In this document: one piece after another, positions 8,713 to 16,366 of the stretch
How positions within the stretch are numbered: position 1 is the first letter of the stretch
Layout of the letters: the number at the start of each line of letters is the position of its first letter
NCBI GenBank assembly: GCA_964624405.1
Contig: CAZUXA010000010.1
Coordinates: 5,263-69,262 of the forward strand
Reading direction: 5' to 3'
Source: an uncultured bacterium
Lineage (GTDB): Bacteria; Fermentibacterota; Fermentibacteria; Fermentibacterales; JCC-6
DNA: 64,000 bases
Notes under the pieces: model-generated
The model's database searches: none
What the model saw: only the letters and a program-made list of their open reading frames with translations
Told to the model about the DNA's origin: nothing
Translations under genes and position numbers: made by a program

Positions 8713-10970
8713 GGGATTCTTCGCTTTTTGCCGGGAATCAGAAGCAGTGCCAGCGCCAGCAGCACCGCTGCAATCGAAACCCGCAACCCCAGCGTCACAT
8801 CGGAGGTGTCGTAGTGGAACCGCACGGTGTTGTCGCCCGGAGGAAGGATCACCGCCCTCATCCATCCGTTTGCCAGATGGATGTCCGCCGGCAAGCCGTT
8901 GACATCTGCCCTCCAGCTGGGATACCAGGAATCCGCCAGAACCAGCACGGAAGCGGTAGCGGACCCGGTTCGAACCACAACCTCGGTGGGGTTGTCCAGA
9001 GTTATCTCCGCGGTGCCGGAGCAGGCCGGCGGAACGGTTTCCAGCGGGGAGTCTATGATGGAAACGGTCATGGGATTCAAACCCCGGGCCAGAGCCTGAA
9101 ACCCCTGCTCGCCGGTGCCGCTTACGGGCTGGGCCGGGATGAACGCCCTGGGCATGGGGTTGATCGGGAGGTCTGGGGTTCCTTCCGAAAGCGCGGGATG
9201 AATGTCCCTCCATGAAAAAGTGCCCTCGGGCAGCCGGAAGGCGCTGATACCGAATGAGTACAGCACTTCCGGCGTGGCGCTTCCGAGAAGAGGGGCCATT
9301 CTGTCGGTTATCGCAGGCTTCGCGGCATGGTAGCCGGTGACGGAGCGGACACCCAGGGGAACCAGTTCGTTGCCCCCGGGAAACACCCTTCCCGGGCCGG
9401 CGGTCTCGACCAGATTCCGGTCAGGCGGGAACATGCTGTCCAGTGATGTGTGATGGAGATAGACCTGAAAGCTTCTGTTGAAGGGGATCAACTCGAGGGC
9501 GGTTATCGCCGTCACCGCCAGAGCGGCGTGAATGGCCCGGAGGTTGTGTTTCCACGCCAGGAACAGCGCAAGCAGAACCCCGGAGGAAGACAGAAGGGCT
9601 CTGAACAGATCCTTCTCCAGAAGCGAAACCCGGTGGCGGACCATGAATTCGAATCCGGCGCCGCCGGGCACACCCATCCTGGTCCACCATGAAGATTGAA
9701 GGGCTCTGCCGAGGGGTTCGGCGGATATCAGCATGAGCAGAAACAGCGCCACCGGCGCCCCGAAGGTTAGTACCATCCTTTTCGACGGCTTCCCGCGGAA
9801 CAGAACATCAAAACCGGGGCCTGAGGCTAACGCCACCGATGTCGCGGTGATGAAAGCCGCCATGTGGGGAGCCCTTATCTTTCTGAAAACGGGTATGACA
9901 TCGTAGAGTATTCTGAACAGAGGAGTGTAGCCCCCCCATGAGACCACCGCGCCCAGAACCGCAAGGGACAGCAGCGCTCCCCGGACTTTTTTGTCTTTTC
10001 CCGAAGCGAACCCCGCCAGTGCCAGCAGGAACACCGCCACGCCGGTAAACTCACTGCTGAGCCGAAGCCCCAGCCTGCCGAAATACACCGGAACTCCCGA
10101 GATTGAGCTGTCCGGGAAGCCGTGCCTGAGGCCGAAGGCGGAGGGGAGGATCATTGCGAAGGTTTCCTCCGGGGGCATGGAGTAGCTGGCGGCGGTGGCG
10201 GGATCCAGCCCGTCACCCCTGGTGGAATGCCGGCTGAAGAGGTATCCGGGGTAGAGCTGAACCGCGGATACCGCCACTCCCAGGGCCATTATGGCCCCCA
10301 AGCCGGAGATCTTCCACCACCATTGCCGGATAGAGCCCAGGTGCCAGAGGGCGAAGACCGATGCCGCCACCCCGGAGTAAAGCAGCATCTGTGGATGGCT
10401 GGAGAGCCCCTGCATTCCCACCGCCAGCCCGCCGACTCCAAGCCATTTTGCCCGGCGGGTCTGGTTGAACCGGTTCACTCCGTAGAGAAGCAGGGGAAGA
10501 AACGCCCAACTGATGACCTTGCTGCCGTGACCGGCGTAGAACAGCGTGTTGGCCCACGCTCCCAGGGCGTAGGCAGTTGCCCCGACAAGCCTTCCTCCTC
10601 TGGAGACCCCGATGGAACCCATGAAGAGCCAGGTGAAGAAGCCCGCCAGGAAAAGGTGCGCGGGAAAGAGGAAACGGATCGCCGCCTCTGAACCGAAGAG
10701 AATCATGGGAAGACCCCGGAGGGGGTAGAAGACCGGAGCGCTGAAGGATGCGTAGAAGGGAACGCCGCAGTAAATGTAGGGGTTCCAGTGGGGAAGCTGG
10801 CCCTGTCTCAGGGAAGCCTCGATGAAGGAGAAGAACGGATATCCCTGGTGGATTGTGTCGCTCATTTCACCACCGGGAAGCCGGAGCGATGTGAATATCG
10901 GCCAGTAGACCAGCACCGAAAGAAGCGTTACAAAGCCCAGAATTGCCGCGGTTTCACTGGGTTTCTTCAT
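8709..10970 (-). CDS. YfhO-family GT-C-type membrane glycosyltransferase
   Basis: 753-aa ORF. N-terminus DTIHQGYPFFSF...LPHWNPYIYCGVPFYASF. Many hydrophobic helices, then a soluble C-terminal region and a terminal TM helix (IAAVLLALALLLIP). The ATG at 10970 overlaps the upstream gene by 17 nt. Confidence 0.75.
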   Translation of the reverse strand: MKKPSETAAILGFVTLLSVLVYWPIFTSLRLPGGEMSDTIHQGYPFFSFIEASLRQGQLPHWNPYIYCGVPFYASFSAPVFYPLRGLPMILFGSEAAIRFLFPAHLFLAGFFTWLFMGSIGVSRGGRLVGATAYALGAWANTLFYAGHGSKVISWAFLPLLLYGVNRFNQTRRAKWLGVGGLAVGMQGLSSHPQMLLYSGVAASVFALWHLGSIRQWWWKISGLGAIMALGVAVSAVQLYPGYLFSRHSTRGDGLDPATAASYSMPPEETFAMILPSAFGLRHGFPDSSISGVPVYFGRLGLRLSSEFTGVAVFLLALAGFASGKDKKVRGALLSLAVLGAVVSWGGYTPLFRILYDVIPVFRKIRAPHMAAFITATSVALASGPGFDVLFRGKPSKRMVLTFGAPVALFLLMLISAEPLGRALQSSWWTRMGVPGGAGFEFMVRHRVSLLEKDLFRALLSSSGVLLALFLAWKHNLRAIHAALAVTAITALELIPFNRSFQVYLHHTSLDSMFPPDRNLVETAGPGRVFPGGNELVPLGVRSVTGYHAAKPAITDRMAPLLGSATPEVLYSFGISAFRLPEGTFSWRDIHPALSEGTPDLPINPMPRAFIPAQPVSGTGEQGFQALARGLNPMTVSIIDSPLETVPPACSGTAEITLDNPTEVVVRTGSATASVLVLADSWYPSWRADVNGLPADIHLANGWMRAVILPPGDNTVRFHYDTSDVTLGLRVSIAAVLLALALLLIPGKKRRIP

Positions 10971-11877
10971 GGTTCACTTCCTTCCCGGCTCTCTTCAGGG
11001 TTCCGGCGGTAACCATGGCAAGGGCTATCTCCCATATTGTCATGATTATGCGCTGCCCTCCCGCGGCGGCCACCGCCGGGGCGAGAAACTCGACGGGCAA
11101 CGCAATCAGCGCCGCGGCAGCTTCCCTGACTCCCAGCCCGCCGGGCACCAGAACCACAATATACGCCGCCAGCCAGGAAAGGGGCGCTGCGGCAAGGCAT
11201 CTCATCAGCCCCGCCTCGTTGAGGCCCATACCCCGGAACCAGGCCCAGAGGGCCACACCCCTGATGATCCATGTGGCAGTGTAGAAAAGCGTCACCTTCG
11301 CGGAATGCTTCAGCGGAACCGGTTTGAAGGTGATCCCCCTGGCCCGGAACACCATCCTCTGCAGGGGGTTCAGCAGCGGCAGAAGGGCCACCGCGACACC
11401 AGCCGCGGTGACAGACCATCGGATGGCGGGGCTGGAGGTGATGCCCGGGTGAAAAACGCTTACGCCGAAGGCCACTATTCCCACCGCGGCGGTGCTGAAG
11501 AGCAGTTCCAGCATCAGGGTCGAAGCGGCCCTGGCCATGGTGTAGCCCCTTGCCTTCAGAAGGGCAACCCTCCCCGCGAAAAGCCAGACCTTGCCCGGTA
11601 TGAAACGCCCGAGCTGACTGCTGAACCAGACCGCGTACAGCTCCCTTCGCCCCAGGGTGACTCCCCTTTGCCTGCAGACCATTACCCACCCCTCAGGTGA
11701 CAGGGCAAGGCCGACAAGAAGCACCAGCGACGAAATGATCAGAAGCGGCGGATTGAGTTCCCAGGGGAACTCCCGGGCGCTTTCAAGCCATTCCCCGCCC
11801 TTCAGCCAGACATGGCGTCCCACCAGAAGAAGAAGAAGCAGAAAAGCAATCCTTATCCAGAATACCGGCTTTTTCAA
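10954..11877 (-). CDS. Flippase-like membrane protein (LPG_synthase_TM/UPF0104 family)
   Basis: 307-aa polytopic ORF with FIPGKVW and VPGGLGVRE motifs. The TTG start at 11877 overlaps the epimerase stop (TTGA). Confidence 0.75.
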   Translation of the reverse strand: MKKPVFWIRIAFLLLLLLVGRHVWLKGGEWLESAREFPWELNPPLLIISSLVLLVGLALSPEGWVMVCRQRGVTLGRRELYAVWFSSQLGRFIPGKVWLFAGRVALLKARGYTMARAASTLMLELLFSTAAVGIVAFGVSVFHPGITSSPAIRWSVTAAGVAVALLPLLNPLQRMVFRARGITFKPVPLKHSAKVTLFYTATWIIRGVALWAWFRGMGLNEAGLMRCLAAAPLSWLAAYIVVLVPGGLGVREAAAALIALPVEFLAPAVAAAGGQRIIMTIWEIALAMVTAGTLKRAGKEVNHEETQ

Positions 11878-12758
11878 AGCAGCCCCTTTCCGCGGTACCA
11901 GGAGACCGCCTCTTCAGCCGCCTCGCGGAAGGGATGGCGGGCGGTGAAACCGGCTCCGGCGGCCTTCTTCACGGAAACGAACCTGTCGGTTCCGAAGAGG
12001 CGCAGCCGGCTTCCGGACAGCGGTTTCGGGCAAAGGGGCCCAAGGGAAAGGGCCGCCCTGAAAAGACAGCGGGGTACCGGGAGCACGAACACTCCTCTTT
12101 CCATGGCCGCCGCCACGGTTTTCGCCACATGTTTCATGGATAGAACCTGAGGCCCTCCGATGTTGAAGACTCCCCCTGCGAGAATCCCTCCCGGTAGGGC
12201 GGCGGCCACACCCCGGCATACATCCCGGATGTGGGTTGGTCTGGTTCTTCCGCCTTCCCTGCCCACCACCGGAAACCAGCCCCGGGCCACCTGCCGAAAG
12301 AGGGCGAGCTTGTGCCGGTCTCCGGCTCCGAATACGAAGTCGGGCCGGAGTATGGTCAGCCTGTCAGCGGGAAGGCCCAGAACCTGAAGCCGGTGCTCGC
12401 CCTGGGCCTTGGTCTGCTCGTACACGCCCCCGGGATTCGGGGGTGAATCTTCCCTGCCGTCGGGCAGAAGCCCGCACACACCCGGAGTGCTGATGTGAAT
12501 CATTGAAATGCGGTGGTCAAGACACTGTCTTCCGAGAAGTTCCGGAAGAAGCGCGTTTGCCTCCAGCACTGCTTCCGCTGAAACTCCCGGTGCCGCCAGC
12601 CTTCCCGCGGCGTTGACAACCGCGTCAGCGTCTTCCGGGACGGTAACCGCCCCCCCGGATCTTCCAGGGTGCGAAACCACCAGGTGGCCCAGCCCGGTCA
12701 GGTGATCCTGAACGGCTTTGCCTATGAATCCTCCGGTTCCGGTGACGAAAACCCTCAT
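11874..12758 (-). CDS. NAD-dependent epimerase/dehydratase (extended SDR)
   Basis: ORF 11874..12920 trimmed to MRVFVTGTGGFIGKAV (ATG at 12758, ATGA overlap with the GT4 stop). Rossmann GTGGFIG and catalytic YEQTK. Confidence 0.8.
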   Translation of the reverse strand: MRVFVTGTGGFIGKAVQDHLTGLGHLVVSHPGRSGGAVTVPEDADAVVNAAGRLAAPGVSAEAVLEANALLPELLGRQCLDHRISMIHISTPGVCGLLPDGREDSPPNPGGVYEQTKAQGEHRLQVLGLPADRLTILRPDFVFGAGDRHKLALFRQVARGWFPVVGREGGRTRPTHIRDVCRGVAAALPGGILAGGVFNIGGPQVLSMKHVAKTVAAAMERGVFVLPVPRCLFRAALSLGPLCPKPLSGSRLRLFGTDRFVSVKKAAGAGFTARHPFREAAEEAVSWYRGKGLL

Positions 12759-13849
12759 TGAAGCCCTTCCAGCAAACTCCCGGCATACAGCTCCCATGAA
12801 AACCTTGCTGCGTGGCGGGCCACCCTCTCGCTCAGGCCGGGGTTCGACAGCAGCGAACCGCAACGGATGACGGCGTCCGCCAGGGATTCCGGATCGGGAA
12901 CGGCGACCTCGCCGGTGCAACCGGGTTTCACGGTTTCCGCCAGACCTCCCACATCAGTGACCACCATTGGCTTCCGGAAAGCAAGGGCTATCTGCGCGAC
13001 TCCGCTCTGGGTGGCGGTAACATACGGAAGAACCACGATGTCCGCGGCCTGGAAGTACAGGCCCACCCTGGAGTCGGGAACGAACTCCCTGTGCCGGATG
13101 AATCGGTTTCCCAGCGGAGCGCTGAGAGCTTCGAGTTCGTCCTCCCGACCGTAGTTCTCACCCACCGCCAGTAGAACATGGTTCTCCGGAAGTGATTCCA
13201 TCGCCTTTATCAGCAGATCAAGCCCCTTGTACTTCCTGACCAGCCCGAAGAAAAGAAGAACCACCCGATCTTCGTCCAAGCCCAGCATTTCCCGGGCTTC
13301 AGCCCTGGATGAAGCCCCGGGCCGGTACTGGTCGTAAATGGGGTGGAAGAGGTCGACCACCTTTTTCCCCCACCTTCGGGCTCTCTCCCCGTCATCCTTT
13401 CCATGGACAACGATGATTTGCGCTCTTTTCTCCATGAACCGACGGGTGAGGATTCCGGACAGGGGAAACCCTTCATGGGGTGTCAGATTGTGGCAGACCG
13501 CCGCGGTCGGAAGCCCGTCGGGCAGTGAGGCCGAAAGGCAGGGGGCGAAAAAGGGGTGCCACCATTGAACAACTGCGGCGTCGCATTTCAGCGATGAAAC
13601 CGCCCGTTTCGTCGCTGGCCAGGACAGAAACGCGGTTGGATGGAGAAGACGAAGGCTTTCAGGGGCAGATGGCGCACCCGGGGGCTCATACTGGGTTTTT
13701 CCGGGAAAGAGCAGCCCGGGGTAGAGGGTGCGGAAGTTGACCCGGCGCACACTGTGACCGCCCCTTTCGAAGGTTTCCGCAAGCCGGCTGTTGAACTGGG
13801 CTATTCCCCCCCGGAAAGGTGGAAACGGACCCAGAAGGCAGATCTTCAT
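12755..13849 (-). CDS. Glycosyltransferase family 4 (GT-B fold)
   Basis: MKICLLGPFPPFRGGIAQF N-terminus. C-terminal sugar-donor motif SGVAQIALAFRKPMVVTDVGGLAETV. ATGA overlap with the GT2 stop. Confidence 0.8.
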   Translation of the reverse strand: MKICLLGPFPPFRGGIAQFNSRLAETFERGGHSVRRVNFRTLYPGLLFPGKTQYEPPGAPSAPESLRLLHPTAFLSWPATKRAVSSLKCDAAVVQWWHPFFAPCLSASLPDGLPTAAVCHNLTPHEGFPLSGILTRRFMEKRAQIIVVHGKDDGERARRWGKKVVDLFHPIYDQYRPGASSRAEAREMLGLDEDRVVLLFFGLVRKYKGLDLLIKAMESLPENHVLLAVGENYGREDELEALSAPLGNRFIRHREFVPDSRVGLYFQAADIVVLPYVTATQSGVAQIALAFRKPMVVTDVGGLAETVKPGCTGEVAVPDPESLADAVIRCGSLLSNPGLSERVARHAARFSWELYAGSLLEGLQ

Positions 13850-14802
13850 TCAGTTCTTTCGACGGGGTTCGCCGGCCTGTTGACGCTGAAACGGAGGATC
13901 ATCTCGCCCAGAAGGCCCATGGATATGAACTGGAACCCGGCCAGCATCAGGAGCACCCCGAAAAGGAGCAGGGGCCTGTTGCCTATGGCGTCTCCGGAAA
14001 ACCACAGGAAAGACAGGTAGGCGTTGATGGCGAAACCCGACAGGGTGAGTATTGTGCCGATCCCTCCGAAGAAATGCAGGGGGCGAAAGGAGTAACGGTT
14101 GAGAAACAGAACGGTAAGCAGATCGCTGTAGCCCCGGAAATATCTGGCCCATCCGTATTTGCTTTTTCCGTAGAGCCTGGGCCGGTGGTTCACCGGAACC
14201 TCGCCGACCCTGAAACCGTTCATGGCCGCCAGCACTGGAGTGTACCTGTGCATCTCACCGTAGAGGTCAAGGGTTGTCGCGGCGTCTTTTCTGTACACCT
14301 TCAGGCCGCAGTTGAAATCGTGAAGGTTGATACCGGTGGCCCGCCTAACCACGGAGTTGAAAAAACGCGAGGGAACCGTTTTGTCCGCCGGATCTCTTCT
14401 CACCTTTTTCCAACCGCTGACCAGGTGGTAGCCGTTCTCCTGGGCGTAGGCCACCATTCCCGGTATCTCTCCCGGGTCATCCTGCAGGTCGGCGTCGAGG
14501 GTTACCAGCCAGTCCCCCCGGGCTTCCCGGATACCCGCCGCCAGAGCCGCCGCCTTGCCCTGATTTTTGCCGAACCGCAGCCCAGTGAGTGGGTATTGGG
14601 CTGCAAGGCTTACGATCGTGTTCCAGGTTTGGTCGGTACTGCCGTCGTCTACGATGATCGCGTCCCACCTGAAGCCCCGGAGGGCTTCGCTTATCTCAAG
14701 CATCAGCTCCCGCAGGCTCAGTTCCTCGTTCAGTGCCGGTATCACCAGTGTCAGGGCTGCTTCAGCCTTCAAAACGCTCAAGCGATGGTATCCCTTCTTC
14801 AA
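13846..14802 (-). CDS. Polyprenyl-phosphate glycosyltransferase, GT2 (GtrB/ArnC/DPM1-like)
   Basis: LVIPALNEE, IIVDDGSTD and LDADLQDDP motifs, plus a C-terminal TM pair (FFGGIGTILTLSGFAI, LLFGVLLMLAGFQFISMG). The start is uncertain: TTG at 14802, or an in-frame TTG at 14772 that shortens the overlap with lpxH to 11 nt. Confidence 0.8.
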   Translation of the reverse strand: MKKGYHRLSVLKAEAALTLVIPALNEELSLRELMLEISEALRGFRWDAIIVDDGSTDQTWNTIVSLAAQYPLTGLRFGKNQGKAAALAAGIREARGDWLVTLDADLQDDPGEIPGMVAYAQENGYHLVSGWKKVRRDPADKTVPSRFFNSVVRRATGINLHDFNCGLKVYRKDAATTLDLYGEMHRYTPVLAAMNGFRVGEVPVNHRPRLYGKSKYGWARYFRGYSDLLTVLFLNRYSFRPLHFFGGIGTILTLSGFAINAYLSFLWFSGDAIGNRPLLLFGVLLMLAGFQFISMGLLGEMILRFSVNRPANPVERTE

Positions 14803-15481
14803 CTTTCAAGTATGTGAATGAGCTTATCCAGTCGCCAAGCGAAACATGAACACCGCCGGGCATGGAAGCCACCCTGGGAACATGGGTGTGCCCTGTGACC
14901 ACCAGGTCCGCGGTTTGAAGCTGCTTCCCGGCCCAGGCCTCCAGATGCGCCGGAATGGTGCGAACCTGTTTCCGAAGGATTTTCCGGCTGGTGTCGCTGA
15001 AGAGCATCGCGAACCATGTGGCGGTGGTGGGATGCAGCAGGGAGAACAGCCGGCGCGAAACCCGGGCCTTCAGAATCGGTTTCAGGGCCCTGTAGCCCCA
15101 ATCCCCGGGACCGAGGCCGTCGCCGTGGGCGAGAACCGCGGCGAGGCCGTCGAAACTGGCCCTGAACGGGGTTTCGCGGTGTATCTGAAACCCCGTTTCC
15201 CGGCAAAACAGCCGGCCCACCCACCAGTCGTGGTTGCCGGGAATGAAGTGCATGGTCCATCCTGATTCGGACAGCCGTCGGAACCCGTGAAGTACGGTTC
15301 CGTACCCGCCGGGACAAACCCCCCGGTATTCGAACCAGTAATCGAAGAGATCACCCAGAAGCCAGAGGTTCATTGGCTTCCTGTCCGCCAGGTTCACCAG
15401 GAAGCGAAGAAGAGTTGCCCTTCCCGGGTGTTCATCCCATTCCGGGAACAGGTGGGCATCGCTTAGGAGGATGTGGGTCAT
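14762..15481 (-). CDS. lpxH: UDP-2,3-diacylglucosamine diphosphatase
   Basis: ORF 14762..15511 trimmed to MTHILLSDAHL (ATG at 15481, ATGA overlap with the upstream stop). Metallophosphoesterase motifs SDAHL, LGDLFDYW, GNHDWW and GHTH are collinear with E. coli LpxH. Confidence 0.75.
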   Translation of the reverse strand: MTHILLSDAHLFPEWDEHPGRATLLRFLVNLADRKPMNLWLLGDLFDYWFEYRGVCPGGYGTVLHGFRRLSESGWTMHFIPGNHDWWVGRLFCRETGFQIHRETPFRASFDGLAAVLAHGDGLGPGDWGYRALKPILKARVSRRLFSLLHPTTATWFAMLFSDTSRKILRKQVRTIPAHLEAWAGKQLQTADLVVTGHTHVPRVASMPGGVHVSLGDWISSFTYLKVEEGIPSLERFEG

Positions 15482-15972
15482 CGGGAGTCCCGGAGAACCC
15501 TCTGGGCGCACCCCATGCCGGTTGCTCGGAAAACCGTACCCCCGGGCAGAACCAGAACCGCCAGGGGAAGCATTTCCACATCCATGAAAGCCAGAAGGCT
15601 GTCGTCGCCAAGGTAGACCGCCAGGGGCAGGCCAAGCCTGTTCATCCGGCGCTGGGCCGCGTTTCTGGTGACGGGGTCGAACTGAACCGGAACGGGCAGC
15701 ACGGCTTCACCGGCCAAAGCCGCCATGAACAACAGATCCGGGTCGTTATGGTCGCAGTTTTCCAGAGGAATCCAGAGGTAGAGCAGAATACCCTGAAGGG
15801 CTTCGGTTTCCAGGGGGATGAAGCCTGCGGAATCGGGCCGATGCAGCGTGCCGGGAAGCTCCAGAACCGGGTCGGGTTCGGCTTCGGTGACAACCTGGTG
15901 ATCAGGCTCTCCGCATCCGGAGAGGGACAGGACAATCCCGGCGGGCAGCAGAAGGCGCCGGAGGATTCTCAA
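15478..15972 (-). CDS. Lipoprotein with thioredoxin-like (TlpA-like) fold pattern but no CXXC
   Basis: Part of ORF 15478..16230. TTG at 15970-15972 overlaps the upstream stop (TTGA), with GGAGAA upstream. Lipobox LSLSGC. LLYLWIPLENCDHN occupies the position where redoxins carry WxxWCxxC. Confidence 0.55.
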   Translation of the reverse strand: MRILRRLLLPAGIVLSLSGCGEPDHQVVTEAEPDPVLELPGTLHRPDSAGFIPLETEALQGILLYLWIPLENCDHNDPDLLFMAALAGEAVLPVPVQFDPVTRNAAQRRMNRLGLPLAVYLGDDSLLAFMDVEMLPLAVLVLPGGTVFRATGMGCAQRVLRDSR

Positions 15973-16223
15973 GGGTTTTCTCCGGGGATCACGGTGAATG
16001 ACTCGTGGCCCGCAAAGTAGGCAGAACCCGAAACAGTGACGAGCAGGGTGTCGGTTCCGGTGACCAGAAGGCTTTCCGGGGCCAGAAAGTGCCTGCCGGG
16101 GCCAAGAACAACTGCCAGAGCCTCTATCTCGCTTTGGGAGTCGATGGTGGACGCCGGCGCGGAAAACAGCAGGGGCATAACGCAACAGATGGCCGCTGAC
16201 GAGAGGAGAATCACCTTTTTCAC
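15969..16223 (-). CDS. Small secreted protein (signal peptide), first gene of the operon
   Basis: 84-aa ORF with a GTG start and GGAGG 10 nt upstream. N-terminus MKKVILLSSAAICCVMPLLFSAPAS looks like a Sec signal peptide. Confidence 0.5.
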   Translation of the reverse strand: MKKVILLSSAAICCVMPLLFSAPASTIDSQSEIEALAVVLGPGRHFLAPESLLVTGTDTLLVTVSGSAYFAGHESFTVIPGENP

Positions 16224-16366
16224 CGTTCAAAAACCTCCGCGTACGGGTGCAGCCATGTGTTCATCCCGGGAAAACTATGAATCCCGGCTCCATTCCGCAA
16301 TAGCGCACGACTTGATTCCCGGCGGGCCGATGAATAGCTTTGATACCTCCCTGGAAAAGGAATGCC

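Noticed and set aside
8713-9213. N-terminal 166 codons of the 865-aa ORF 6616..9213
   Set aside because: This stretch overlaps the 3' end of the YfhO gene in another frame and translates to Arg/Gly/His-rich nonsense. A GTG at 8712 that overlaps the YfhO stop gives a sensible membrane-protein N-terminus.
15973-16230. N-terminal extension of the 250-aa ORF 15478..16230
   Set aside because: It overlaps the small signal-peptide ORF in another frame and is Arg/His/Pro-rich. A TTG at 15972 with an upstream GGAGAA yields a clean lipoprotein signal (LSLSGC).
16224-16366. Cobalamin riboswitch or NrdR boxes upstream of nrdJ
   Set aside because: No B12-box-like element and no AT-rich 16-bp palindromes of the NrdR type are visible. 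The spacer is also short for a cobalamin riboswitch. Only weak promoter-like hexamers are present.
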